A DNA stretch of 64,000 nucleotides, taken from contig NC_090374.1 in assembly GCF_036365525.1 (NCBI RefSeq), forward strand, positions 152,832,989 through 152,896,988, read 5' to 3'. A program made the position numbers and the translations under genes. Below are positions 49,691 to 63,370 of this stretch, piece after piece (the first letter of the stretch is position 1; each line of letters opens with the position of its first letter). The DNA comes from Heterodontus francisci. Taxonomy: Eukaryota. The notes under the pieces are model-generated. The model was not told the DNA's origin and made no database searches. It saw only the letters and a program-made list of their open reading frames with translations.

Positions 49691-52600
49691 TATTGTGTTT
49701 GATTGCTCAGTGATTGATTGCTCTGTGCTGTTTGTAAAACTGTTCACTATGCTGTCAGTCAACCCTGAGGGGGCATGGCTCCTAAAGCGAAAATAAGACA
49801 GATGCAGGTAGCCATCTAAATAAACCCTTCACACACAGAAATCTTGAATCTAGTTTTATCATGCTTGGGATATGAATCATAACATCTGGCGACAAAGATG
49901 GCGAGTAATTTACATTTACCGACCCCCAGTGCCTTTTCTGTGATCGCCATGAGATCACCCCATTCCATGGGACAGATGGATTTCTGGATTTGAAACCTAC
50001 TTGTTGACTACGGGTATGGACAGTGTGGAGCGACCCGCAAGAAGGCAACAGTCATGCATTGCCTTGGAGCAGAGGGCCAGTGTATATTCCAGCAACTAAT
50101 GGATGATACATCTATGTTTAATAAGACTGCAAATGCCCTCAAGAAATATTTTGGCCTGAAATAAAGTATGATGATTGCTTGATACACATTGTTATGGCCA
50201 CGTGGAGAGGGTTGTGGATGGTTCCCACTCTTCAACTCCCAGTTGACTGCAGCAAGTGTTTTTTGTTATTCGGGTTTAACCCCGCTATGTTTTATTTGTC
50301 AAATAAACACAGTGGCGGGTTTTCTTGTCTGTTTAAAACAGAAGATTAATTATTTATTGAGCAATTTGCCTTATCCGAAAATTGTCATAACTGCATCCAC
50401 TCACACATTCACTCGGAAACACAAACTATGCAGGAAGAGACAGATGGAGAGGAAAAGAGGTAAGTGGTTTTCAAGTGAGGTAGATTTTCGGGGTTCACAG
50501 TAAACCTGTTAAATTCTCTTGAAAGTCAAGTTCTCGTTGGTTGCAGTCCTGAGGTGTTTGTAGATTTCTCTCTTGGTTGAAAGTTAAGTTTGAAGACAGA
50601 GGAACACTTCCAACACACTGTGGCATAAGTTGAAAATGTATTATTTACAGCAGGGTACCTTCCCTACTGGTTTGCTGGGTTTTCTCCCAGCTCTTAGCTG
50701 GACAAACTTTTTGGTGATGCTTCTTTCTGGGTCTCTTTGTCTCTCTCTCTGAGGCTGCCTTGTTAAGGTAAGAGTTTGTCACATTAGATTCTGGTAGGAG
50801 ACGCTTTGGTCTTTCGCCCCATGTTGATCACACAATGGCCCAGGATGGGAATAATCCAGTTATGATGTTTCCACTTCATACCTTCTTTGTTTCAGTGGAA
50901 CTCATTGTTATGAAAGTGATTATTTTTTGTTCATATTTTCAGAGGAATTTATGTTTAAGCTGCATAAATGTTGGACCAGGATTTTTTTTTAAAGGAAGCC
51001 ATCAAGAAGACTGAGGGAGCCAGATTGGCAACAGTGTTGCTGGTTGTCACATGACACAGAAACCTTGGTAACAGGGGCCGAAAAGTGATAAGCGCTCCTT
51101 TAATTGGACAAGCCCAGTAGTAGCGGAGCATCTGGATGGGCAGAAAAGACTGACAAGCTTTTTGGTTGTCAGTGAGTGAGTGTGTGGTTTTATCTTCTGG
51201 AAGGAGATAAGAGTCAAGTCTGCCATAGAAGGAGAGAATTCCGAGGAAGAAAAGAAGACTACAACCCAGCTTGCTTTCCCACAATTCCCTAAAAGATTCT
51301 GTACTGCAGAACGTAAACCAGTAACTAAAAAACAACTGGCCTTGTGAAATAGAGGAAGAACTGGTCCCGTACTGCAGAGTACTCAATGAGCTCGCATTGT
51401 GTGATGTCTACTGTACCGGACGCTGAACTCGAGTAGTTATCTCGAAAGCCCTACAGCAACGGCTGTTGCATCTTGCCCATGAAGGACATCCAGATGTCGT
51501 TTAGATGAAACAATGATCCTGTGAAGCAGTCTGGTGGCCAGCAATAGATCACCACATGGAAGAGTTGATTAGAATCTGCGTAGCATGTACACTCAGTGAA
51601 AAATCTGCTGAACCATGTCCCGCACCGCTACAGCCAACCCCATGGCCAACAAAATGATGGCAACAACCCGAAGTAGATATTTTCAGAGAAGTGCATGCTG
51701 CCCCTAGCAATCAATACTTTTTTTGCTTATTGTTCATGATCTACATAGCAAGTGGCCGGAATGGCTACAACAAATTCCATAAGCATCACTTCGGTCATTG
51801 ACATTCTAGACAAGTTGTTTACAAAGTGGGGTTTGCCGGAGACTATCACAATGGACAATGGACCACAATTTGTTTTCAGTCAGTTCATGGAGTTCCTCGC
51901 AAGCTATGGAATTCACCAGCATCTGACATCGCGATATAACCCGCAATCGAATGGTGGCATTGAATGTTTCAATAGGGTGAGCAAGGACAGTTAGAGAGTT
52001 GGAGGGGAAAATGCTTGAACAATCCATTCATATCCTACTTCGCACATATTGATCCACCCTACACTCTGACCAGAAAGACCGGCTGAACTTATGATTGGTC
52101 GTAACATTCGCATGCTGCTGACCATTCTTCAGCTGTCACTACCATTCAACATGAATATATGAATGGATTGTTCAAGCGTTTACCCCTCCAACGTGCTAGT
52201 TCTCAAACAGTCCTTGCTCGGCCTGTTGGAACATTCAACGGCACCATTTGATTGTGGGTTATATCACGATGTCAGATGCTGGTAAATTCTGTAGCTTGCG
52301 AGGAACTCCATGAACTGACCGAATGCAGAAGAAATTGCAAAGTGACAAGGCAAAGTTAAAGCGTACTCTGATAAGCAAACACGCGTAAGGAAATGGCCAT
52401 TTTCAGTCGGAAAGCAGCTTCGCATCAAACATCCAAATTACAACCCCAAGCTCGTGTTGTCTCTATCGTGACCTAAGTAGATCAAGTGGACACTCAATCA
52501 AGTGGATTCTTGGTACTAATGCTTATCTCTTGGATGACAATACCAAGTGGAATGCGAGATACTTGATTGCAAGCAAACTTGCAGATTGATGACCGTGACT

Positions 52601-53045
52601 ACAAAAATGCTTTCCCTTTTCTGATTAGTGATCGTGCTGTTAATCATCTACCTCATCAAGATGATTGTACTGAATCACATCCACGTTTTTCATCAATCTT
52701 GGCACTATTATAGAAGACCTCCGTATCTGAATATTATTTGTGTACTTAGGGAAACACACAGACTATAAGAAATGACTCAATATATACGCGTTTGATGCTT
52801 ATGAAGATTTAATTCAAAATAAGCTCCTTCGTCTACAAGGGGGAAAATATGTTGTGTTTGATTGCTCAGTGATTGATTGCACTGAGCTGTGCATGTAAGA
52901 CTGTTCCCTATGCTGTCAGTCAACCCTGATGGGGCATGGTTCCAAAAGTGAAACTAAGACTGATTCAGGCAGCCATCTGAATAAAGCCTTCACAGACTGA
53001 AATTGAGAGTCTAGTTTCTTCATGCTTGAGGTACGAAACATAACA
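49691..53045 (+). mobile_element. Gypsy LTR retrotransposon, internally deleted: LTRs 49691-49884 and 52850-53045, nested LTR at ~50189
   Basis: Paired ~195-bp LTRs, perfect 5-bp TSD GGTGG, PBS TGGCGAC, polypurine tract AAGGGGGAA, integrase AHEGHP..VWWP..C..C and GLPETITMDNGPQF..YNPQSNG. Confidence 0.92.
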
Positions 53046-54487
53046 GGTGGCAAAACGAACATAAACAAACAGAGATGCAATAGACCTTCTATGACTGGTG
53101 GGCACTTCAAGGATTGACATGTTTTGTGGACACCAGAAAAAAAGTTATGATTTAGCTTTATAAGTTTCCTTTTGTTGATTTTATGGTTAAGGTCTTGTAT
53201 GAGTTCTGCCCCTTTGAAAAAAAAAAGTGAGGCACATTTAAAATTGGGTTTTGTTGGTGATGCTGGGGCAATTCAATCCATCCTTGTGGATTGTTAGAGA
53301 AAGTCAGACCCAATAGTTTTGCTTCAACTCCCTCAAATATTAATTATCAAGAGTAAACTTGAGCAAGAACAATTTTTTGGTTAACAGCAATCAGCATGGA
53401 TTCAGGAGGGGAAGATCCCTCCTGACCAACCTCCTTGACTTCTTTCAGGAAGTCACATCTCAACTAGACTGTATAAGTACCTAGACTTCCAAAAAGCATT
53501 TGGGAAAGTTCCACATGAAAAGCTAATAATCAAACTTAATGTTGTGTTGATACAAAAAATTTTTTTAAAAAAAAGAGTGTAATAAATTGGCTGAAGGGTA
53601 GAAATCAATGGTTACTTGTTGGAGGAGTGAAATGCCCTGGGTTCAATGCTGGAACCACTACTATTTCTAATTTAGATTAGTGATTTGGATTCAGAAACCC
53701 AATGCAAATTAGTGACATTTGTAGATGATACAAAACTTGGAGGAACAAGATACAAGCTCAATATCTCATCCAAATACAGCTCCTCTGACAATACAGCACT
53801 ATCACAGTCCTGCACCAGAGTGTCAACCTAGATTAGTTGTTCAAGTCTCTGGAGTGGGACTTGAGGCCAAGACCTTCTAACTCAGAGGCAAGAACGCTAC
53901 AACTGAACAAAGATGCTGCCTTAAAATGTAAATCCAGAATACCACTTCAAGAAATGAGAGCAGGCCAAGGAGACATAGATTCATAGTAAAATGAAAATTT
54001 AATGACCAATATCAGGTCATCCTTCATCACAGAAAGAGTGATCAATACATGTAATGCACTACTGAATAGAATAGTTTAATAATCAATTAAATGTTGAAAT
54101 GGGGTACTGGAAGGGTGGATGGATAAAGATGACCTTTCTCACCTGCAATTTTCTCTGATCTTGTGAAATATTAAGGGTATGTTCAACTTAAATAGTTTTT
54201 AAAAATTCTCCTTCAATGGGATTGTGTTTAAGAACGGGATTGCCAAGAAGCAATGTTGAAATAGTAATATGATCAAAATATTGATATATTGGTTAACAAA
54301 ATAAGATTTTTTAATAACGGTTTGTACATGACTTATTGCTTATCAATTCTAACACCAACAGTGACTGCTTTAAAACGGATTAATTAATTGTACACCATAG
54401 GCTAAATGATTATCAAAGAACAAAGTCAATTTGAATCACAGAAATCGTGGTTTGCTGGAAGCCTTCAAATGTCCTCATTGTTGACTT

Positions 54488-54533
54488 CTAACATTGTCCA
54501 AACTTTTGGATCAGGATATTCTTCTTGGTTGCC
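54488..54533 (-). CDS. SPINK: SPINK gene B exon 4 coding part ([15 protein letters not shown])
   Basis: Acceptor ctattccag; 46 nt; sixth Cys followed by TAG; homologous to gene A exon 4. Confidence 0.93.
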
Positions 54534-57500
54534 CTGGAATAGCAGCAAAGCATCAGTAAAATCAGTCTAAAAATGAAGACAACTGTTTCCAATGCACAAT
54601 GTTGGAGTATTCAGCCATGTCACAGGTTGACTGCTAGCTTTTGGAGTACTCCTGCAGCTCTTGCTTATTTTACTCTGCTCTAGTAGCTATAAAAAGCAAT
54701 GGGGTTTATTTCATTTTTATCGCCAGATTAAAAAAGGAGTGGTAGGGAGTAGGCCACTCATTTTACATCTTGTCCAATTTCCTTTTCAACTCATTGAAGA
54801 TGTGTACCATGGACTTCGGATTTGCTATCAACCATTTTTCACGCCACCCTATGTTAATAGGGTGAAGTATGGTGTGAGGAGGCTCATGTGGAGCAGAAAC
54901 ACTGGCATGGACCTGTTGGCCTGTTTCTGTGCTGTAAATAATATGTAATACAATGTTTACAACAGTTTGTAAACAATCACTCAAGGAAGGGGATCACCAC
55001 CACCTGCTCAGGGCAATTTGGGATTGGTAATAAAAGTAGTCTTGCCCATATCACAGGAACAATTTTTAAAAAGTGCTGTTTGTGGGAGCTTGTTTTACAT
55101 AATTTGGCTGCTGAGTTTGCTGACTGCTCATCAAAAGTAACCTTGGTTATGAAGAACCTTATGATATTATGGTGAAGAGGTGCTATATAAATGCAAATTT
55201 CTAACTTTCTTCAACAAAGTAATACTTTACATCAAAGTTGCTTCACCCTCACTTCCTCACTAACTGCTGACCACCCAACTTCCCTTTCTGGCTCTTATGA
55301 TAGATATAAATGATTCCCTCTCCTCCGAACTGTTTCCTCCGTTTCAAATTTGCTGTCACACTTTCCTAAATAAAAACACCCATGACTCCTCTGTCCTTGT
55401 AAAATACCACCCCATCTCCAAACTCCCTTTCCTCTCCAAAATCCTCGAACACGTTGTCACCTCCCAATCTGTCCCGAACTTTCCTGCAACTTCATGTTTG
55501 AACCTTTCAAATCAGGTTTCTGTCCTGCCACAGCACTGAAATGGCCTTTATCAAAATCACAAATGACATTCTTTATGACTGTAATCATAGTGAACTATCC
55601 ATTCTCATTCTTCTCAGCCCGTCTGCAGCCTTTCACAAGGTTGGTCATACTATCCTCCTCCATTGCTTCTCCTCCTTTGTCCAGCTGGGTGAGACGGCTC
55701 ACACCTCATTCCATTCTTATTTATCCAGTTGTAGCCAGAGAATCTGTTGCAATGGTTTCTTATCTCACTCACACAGTCTTACCTCTGTAGTCCCCAAGGA
55801 TCTTGGCCCCCTTTTCGTCCTTATCTGCATGCGGCCCCTTGGCAACATCATCCGAAAACACATCAAATTCCATATTATACGCTGACTACACGAAGCACTA
55901 CACGAAGCGCTACCTCACCACTACCTCTTTCAATCACACCCACTGCCTTTGATTTGTTATGCTGCTTGTCTGACATCCAATATTTTATGAGCAGATATTC
56001 TCTTCAATTAAATATTTGGAAGACTGAAGCCTCGATCTTCAGTGCCTGCCTCAAACTCCATCCCCCTCTAAGCCACTGTCTGATGCCAGCCCAAACTGCT
56101 CACAATTTGACCCCGAGATGAGCTTCTGACCCCTTATTGGCTCCATCACCAAGAGCACCTACTTCCGCCTCATAATATCGTCTGTCTACTCTATCCCAGC
56201 CAATCTGCTGCTGAAACATTCACTCATGCTTTTGTTACCTCCAGACTTGACTATTCCAATGCTCTCCTGACTGGTCTCATCTTCCACCCTTTGTAAATTT
56301 GAACTTATCCAAAACTCCGCTGCCCATATCCTAATTTGCCCCAAGTCTCATTCACCCATCAGCCCTGTGTTCGCTGACCCATATTGGCTCCAAATCCAGC
56401 TTTAAATTTATAATTCTCATCCTTATTTTCAAATCCCTGCATTCCCTCACCACTTCCTACCTCCATAACCTCCTCCTCTCCTGCAACCCTCTGAGAATTC
56501 TGTGTTCCTGCAATTCTGGTGTCTTGTGCATCTCCAATTTGTATCGCTCTATTGGCTGCTGTGCTTTCAGTTGTCTAAGCCCTAAGCTTAGGAATTCCCT
56601 CCCTATGCCTCTCCACCTCTCTGCATGTTTCCTCCTTAAGATGCTCCTTAAAACCTCTCTTTGAAGTCTCAATATCTTGTTACGTGGTTCAGTGTTAAAT
56701 TCTGTCAAATAACACTTCTGTAAAGCATCTTGGAACACTTTACTATATTAAAGAAGCTATATAAATGTAAGTTTTTGTTTTCCTTTCCCATTTAACATTC
56801 ATTAAAGGAAAAGTCTTTGAAATGCATTTGAGATCCAGTGGATGGACACTTGTAAAAGCATGACTTGTTAAATTGTAAATCACCAAGTAATAAGGAAAAG
56901 GAAACCATATTTAACTATCCTGCTGCAGTTCTGCTGTTAGCTTCCACAGTCCCTACATTGAAGTGCCAGACAAAATTATGTAATTAAATGGGTCCCTGAA
57001 CCCACTACTTTCTGATTTAGAGGCAAGATTATGATCAACTGAACTATGCTGTCACTTTTATAGATTATCTTCAGTTTTATTCACAACTGAGTTTTGTACA
57101 TGACAACTAACCTTGTGCCACACAGCTGCTCAATCCACAGCTATTGAAAGGTGCATATATTGTATTTTTTAAACATTCAGATATTTGAACAAGCTTTGCT
57201 TGGAATGATCAGAATACCTGATTAAGTAAATACTACAGAGAGTATAAGACTGTGGTCTTAGAGGTGCAATACATTAAGAATAATGTAAGAAATAAATAAT
57301 TTCACAGCTTATCCTCCAATTTGCTTGTGCTGATAACAATGTTCCCATTTTGCAATACATCAAATCATTCCAGGGCACCATGTGTTTTTTTTTCTGAAGA
57401 AGCACAAAGAATGTGGCTTACCAGTTTTGTACACACAGTAAGCATTCGTTGCCATACGTTCTCCCATCAGTTCCACAGACTGGATTGTATTCCATGGTAC

Positions 57501-60500
57501 ACATTTCAGTCATCTCTCCTGAACATCTTGCCTAGAACATCAAACATAATTAATTCTGCATATTGAATACTTTGACATTAAAAATGTTCTAAAATGAACA
57601 GTAAATACAGGTGCTGTGGAAGGGAGGGAGGGAGATGCCGGTGCTGTGGAAGAGAGAGTGATTTTTCAGTCATACTTGTTTGGAATCTAAATCACAAAGT
57701 GAAAATAGATGCATTCCAAGAAACAAATGCTTTAAAGTTCAAGATAAAGTATACATTTCCTACCTCTATTGGAACGCCAGTGTTTGCAGCTGCAAATATC
57801 AACATGGCAGAAAGAAAAATTGTTACTGCACAGGTTAATAACATAACATAAAATCAACAGATTTTGTCTGTAGCTGTGTATGAATGATGATCCTGTGTTA
57901 TGATATTCCAAAACAATATTTAGAAAACTTGTGTTACAATGTTATACCAAATCGCTTAAACAATTAACTTTCTCCCACTTTGTGTTATTTCTTCTTGTTC
58001 ACTATCAAGCCAGGAGGCAGTTCCATCATTCTGTGACCAACTGCTTTGATGTAGAGAGAGCATTTGAGGGTTGACTCTCCATTTTCTCCCTTTCTCCAAA
58101 TGGTGAAAGCTTCACCCTGTTGGTTGGTGCCCCGAGTGAGGAATCATGTGTCTTTGGACCCCTTGCTATAGACATTACTGCCAACTGGATATTATGGAAA
58201 TACCTCACACCAAATATTTCCCAAAAGCCACAGGACTTTTCCTACGTATTTAGCAATGCTATGCTCTTACTTGGAAAGCAGTTTTAGTGGACATATCTCT
58301 TTGCCACCAATAGCATAATCCTCATGTAATCAAGCATTGGCCATTGATGTCTACAGAGTTGAGATGAATGCAATATGATAAAAAGAGTGATTGAGTAAAA
58401 AGAGTGATTGAGTTTGGCAGTAGAAATCTATAAACACACAATATAATTTCTTGAACTCATTCATGGATTAGCAATATGACAAACTTGCCCATCACAGAGA
58501 TTGCATACTTTAATCTCTAATATCTTCCCTCTCCACCCCATCTCAGCCGATATACTGCTGAAACCTTCATCATGCCTTTGTCACCTGCACACTTGACTAT
58601 TCAGCCTTCTATCCTGCACCTTCCATAAATTTGAGGTCACCCAAAACCGGACTGCTACCCTATCCTGCAATTGGCCTGTTACATCCATTGCCCTTGTGCA
58701 CATTGGCCTACATTGGCTTCTGGTCCACTCATGCTTAAATTTTACATTTTCATTATGTTCAATTGCCTCCATAGCCTCTCTCCTCCCTATCTCTGTAACC
58801 TCCTGTCCTACAACCATCTAAAAATTGTGTTCCTCCAACTCTGGCATCCGATGCATCCCCTACTCCCTTTGCCCCATCTGCGGTGGCTGTGCCTTCAGAT
58901 GTCTGGACACTTAGCTCTGGAATTCCCTCCTTAAACCTACCCACCTCTATCCTGTTCTTTAAGACCCTCCTTAAAACCTACCTCTGATCAAGCTTCTAAT
59001 CATCCCTTGTAATATTTCTCCTTTTTTCTAGGTGTCAAATTTTGTCTGATTAAGCTTCTGTGAAGCTCCTTGGGATATTTCCTTATGCTAAAGGTACTGC
59101 ATAAATGCAAATGATTATTGTTCTATGATCTGGAACTGACCCTTCCTCCATTGGGAATGAGTTCAGTTTCCAGACCGTGTTGGACTCAGGGCCAAAGATG
59201 TTTCTGATCCTCAGTATTGGATGCACAAAAATGTGTCAGCGATTTACATTCAGACTTTTATTGGTTGAAAAACTAGCCTTTAAAATCAATGAAAGCCCAT
59301 TTTTGGAAAGGTGCTTTCATATTCAAGGTAGAGAGTGCAGCACTGAGGAACAATAAAATAGATAAGCAAAAGATTGCAGGGCTAGTTTTAAACTCAAGAA
59401 AGGATTAAAATAGATCATGAGGACAAATGTTGGAAATAGAGCAGTAAATCTGAAGTAGTAAGTTGGAGATAAGGAATAACAGGAAAAGCAGAATTCAAAT
59501 GTTTAATTTTTTTATTTGATTAAATCTGCTTGCTCACTGGAAGTTAAGTGGCCCTAGGCCTAAGCTGATTCCACACTACAGGTGACCTGCTCCTCAAAAC
59601 AACCTGGCAAATTCAATTCCTAACAGTCATCGATCTTTGACTCCAAAAAAACAAAAGTTAAAGTCAAGGTTTTGCAAATAAAATGGCTGAACTTTGATAA
59701 GAAATTGTGTACTGTTACCTGCATACTAAAATAGGATAAGGTTTACAATGGCAACAGTCCAACCAAATCCAGAAGGCATTTGAAAATTTTTCACACAAAG
59801 TGCTAGAAGATCAAAGCTGCGGGGGTTCAATGTAAATCTTGGCTGTGTACTTGTTAGAGGAGTTACATCAGGCTGTAATGAGATACTGAGCGTAGGTGTA
59901 GTTCAGTGGTAGCAGTCTTGCCTCTATTTATTTAGAGATACAGCACTGAAACAGGCCCTTCAGTCCACCGAGTCTGTGCTGACCAACAACCAGCCAATTA
60001 TACAAATCCTACATTAACCCCATATTTTCTACCACATCCCCACCATTCTCCTACCACCTATCTACACTAGGGGCAATTTACAATGGCCAATTTACCTATC
60101 AACCTGCAAGTCTTTGGCTGTGGGAGGAAACCGGAGCACCCAGCAGAAACCCACGTAGACACAGGGAGAACTTGCAAACTCCGCACAGGCAGTACCCAGA
60201 ACTAAACCCAGGTCGCTGGAGCTGTGAGGCTGCGGTGCTAACCACTGCGCCACTGTGCCACCCTGAGTTAGAAAGTTGTGGGTTCAAGTTCCAGTCCAAA
60301 GACTTGAGCATATAATTCATGCGAACACTTCAGTGTGGTCTCAGAATGTCCCAAAGCACCTTGTAGTTAAGTATTTTGAAGTGTGGCCATTGTTGCAATC
60401 TAGAAAATGCAGCAGCCAATTTGTACACCAGCATTCTACAAATAGCAATGAAATAAAGGACAAGCTAATCTGTTTTTAGGTGCTGGTTGCTGGATTAATA

Positions 60501-63299
60501 TTGTTCAGGACACTATAGAACTCCCTGCTCTTCCTCAAATAGCATTGAGGTAATTTTAACATCCACTTTGTAGCATTGTGCTATGTTTTTAAGTCTTCAT
60601 TGAATGATGACTGCAGGCTTTATATACAGATTCAACACAAACACTATTTATTGTCTTACTTATATACATTGCATGAACTCAGGTCCAGATCTTCTCCTTG
60701 CTAGAATGTGTGTGTCCTTTCTAAGCCATGTGTTGAGTGTGTCTCTCAAAATGGTCTCTCCTTTTCTATGCCGGATGATGTCATCAAGTGCATGGTGGCC
60801 TGGTTTCTTAAAGGTGAAATCACCATTACACATTTGAGAGGGGAGGTGGGGTCTCAGCTGAACAACTCATCTGAAAGACAGCACCTCAGCGCTGACAAGT
60901 GTCAGCCAAGATTATGTGGTCAAGTCTCTTGAGTGGGACTTGAACCTGACTCAGAAACAAGAGTTGCGGCCACTGAAACATGATTGTTTAAATTTGCTAA
61001 TTCACTCACCAGGGATCAGCAGACAATGACTTGTAAAACAAACTTTGAAATTTGACAATAAATTGAGCACTGCAGGTGGTGTACGAAAAATAGGGCCACA
61101 TTTATAACGGCAATAACCCAACCCTTGGACTGTAACCTGAGTTTGGTTCTGGCAGTCTGGAGTTTGCACCTTATTGTTGAGTATTGCTGATCAAAGGAGA
61201 TAAAAAGCTACAGGAAAATAACCTTTAAAAATAAAATCATGAAAATAAGTAAGGCTGATACTAAAAGAGAAATTAAAATAAAAAGGAGAGAAACAATGGC
61301 ATAAAAGCAAAACATAACAAGGGAAAAAAAGGCTAGAGAAAAAGCACAAATTAAGAAAAACATGAAAAGAAACTTTAACATCCTGTAAACCTAAGGTAGA
61401 AGTGAAAGAAACAGGATTAGGAATAACACAAAGCAGCAATGGCTTGTTTTCAAAGTTTAACAGAGAAATATGTGTCATCATTTGCTTCTATCTTTCAATA
61501 ATGCATGATGGCAATCACACAGAAAACAGAATTCTAATGGCAGACTCTGGGAGGAAGGAATGCTCTTCCTTCACATAAAACACTGACTATCAATTAAAGG
61601 ATAAAGTATTAAGGGCAGTGGTCCATGACCAGGTCTCAACTCAACATCATGCAAATGCTTGGGCCTGTAAATTCAAGCAAAGGTTATAGTCCCTAAGCTT
61701 GAATAATGAAGGTCCTGATATTGGGCCTCAGGCCTCAATACAATAGAGATGGAATCAAAAATGAAGAACAGATTGCTGCTGGCATCACTGTGGCCCTCAG
61801 GTAAGTGAGAAAGGCTGGATGATCAGGCCTTGGGGTGGGGACCAGGGGGCTGGTAGCAGTGGTCAGGGGAGAGGCAATCAGTGTCTGGCAGGGGAGCTGC
61901 CTGCATTCTTGTAATGTGGGGTTGGGAGGTGCACTCCTGCACTTCTCAGCTCTAGATTCTGTTAAGTATGAGGCCTTCTTGGCAATTACTGCGACATTAT
62001 ACTTTGAGTTCAGCGTGTTGTGAGTAATGCGTTGGAGCATGGCAAAGATTGAAAATGGGTCCTGCAAGTGGCGCAGGACCCTAATTTAAGTAACATATTC
62101 TGTTGTTAGCATAATCAGGATGCACACTCCTGACGTCAACACATCTACCTTACACCCACATGGTGGGCGATGCACTTCTGGCTCATAATGAGTATGCACT
62201 TCCTATGTGCCATATTGGAAGGTTAGGAGGCCTGAAAAACCAGGCACTGCGTGGCTGAATTTCTGGGCCTTGATGTATTATAGGGAGCTGAAGGAAGGGA
62301 CACGTTGCTTTCCTTCAATATCTAATTTTAGTTTAGAGATACAGCACTGAAACAGGCCCTTCGGCCCACCGAGTCTGTGCCGACCATCAACCACCCATTT
62401 ATACTAATCCTACACTAATCCCATATTCCTATCACATCCCCACCTGTCCCTATATATTTCCCTACCACCTACCTATACTAGGGGCAATTTATAATGGCCA
62501 ATTAACCTATCAACCTGCAAGTCTTTGGCATGTGGGAGGAAACCGGAGCACCCAGAGGAAACCCACGCAGACACAGGGAGAACTTGCAAACTCCGCACAG
62601 GCAGTACCCAGAATCAAACCCGGGTCCCTGGAGCTGTGAGGCTGCGGTGCTAACCACTGCGCCACTGTCCACTATCCTAAACCAAAAATTATCAAGACTG
62701 CAGCTGGGAAATGCCTATACTCTTGCAAGACTGCATTTTGGAACTAGCCTCATTTGGAGCATACCCTTGAATATGGGGATGATGTGAAACTGCTGTATAA
62801 CACTGTTGAGAACTCTTTAATAAATATACTGGAGTGACATCCCTCCTTGGAGTGGGGTGCAGTGGGTGTTTAGGAAAGATTAACATGATTCCCAAGACTT
62901 TCACTTCAGTTGGAGCCAGTTGCCATTCAGGCTGGGAATCTGACACTTCACCAACCATCAGGACATGAAATGCAGGAGTAACATCACAAATACATTTTTA
63001 AAAATTGCACATGTTGATGAAGTTGCTATATAGAACAACCAGAGCAAATCATTTCCCATTGTCACTTCAAGTCTGAAGCAATTCCAGATCAAAAAGTATA
63101 AAGCACCAACAGAATGCATTGACTCCAGATCATTAGTAGCGCAGCTACTATTAAACTCAGCAAACAAAATGGCAATAAATAAAAACTGGCAACAGGAGAA
63201 ATTAAAGTCCATGACCATAAACAGTGGTATTAAGAGGAACTTACCCATGGCAAAGGATAAGAACATGGAGAGAAGAGCAAAAGCTAAGAATAGTTTCAT
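54488..63299 (-). CDS. SPINK: Kazal-type serine protease inhibitor, gene B (SPINK family); complement(join(54488..54533,57422..57531,57764..57789,63245..63299)), 78 aa: [78 protein letters not shown]
   Basis: Four GT-AG exons (55/26/110/46 nt) on the minus strand splice in frame; signal peptide and six Kazal Cys; clear paralog of gene A. Confidence 0.94.
55240..56780 (+). mobile_element. L2 LINE, degenerate (intron 3 of gene B)
   Basis: [39 protein letters not shown]; tail gctatataaatgtaag. Confidence 0.85.
57422..57531 (-). CDS. SPINK: SPINK gene B exon 3 (Kazal core)
   Basis: Acceptor tgttctag, encodes [36 protein letters not shown], donor TG|gtaagc. Confidence 0.95.
57764..57789 (-). CDS. 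SPINK: SPINK gene B exon 2 (AANTGVPIE)
   Basis: Acceptor atttgcag, donor GAG|gtagga; 26 nt; preserves the reading frame. Confidence 0.85.
58530..59120 (+). mobile_element. L2 LINE 3' fragment
   Basis: gctgaaaccttcatcatgcctttgtcacc...ataaatgcaaatgattattgtt. Confidence 0.75.
59927..60263 (-). mobile_element. Full-length HE1/V-SINE inserted in the tRNA head of a DeuSINE
   Basis: Reverse-complement of 27323-27682; flanks gtggtagcagtcttgcctct | gagttagaaagttgtgggttcaag rejoin a DeuSINE head. Confidence 0.88.
61662..62269. mobile_element. Harbinger-type MITE
   Basis: Imperfect TIRs GGCCTGTAAATTCA / TGAATTTCTGGGCC, with TTG on both flanks. Confidence 0.45.
62327..62668 (-). mobile_element. HE1/V-SINE
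   Basis: Near-identical reverse-complement of 19376-19620 plus a tRNA head. Confidence 0.92.
63245..63299 (-). CDS. SPINK: SPINK gene B exon 1 (signal peptide [18 protein letters not shown])
   Basis: ATG at 63299, donor ATGG|gtaagt; 55 nt. Confidence 0.92.
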
Positions 63300-63370
63300 T
63301 CTTCGACAGCAGAAGCGTTTGTTCAGTACTCTGCAGTCGTCTCCTCGTATTGACACTTGTCTCGTGATGG

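Noticed and set aside
58379-58412. Short direct repeats (aaaaagagtgattgagt x2; also ggtgctgtggaag x2 near 57610-57652)
   Set aside because: Ordinary slippage duplications; no array or spacer structure
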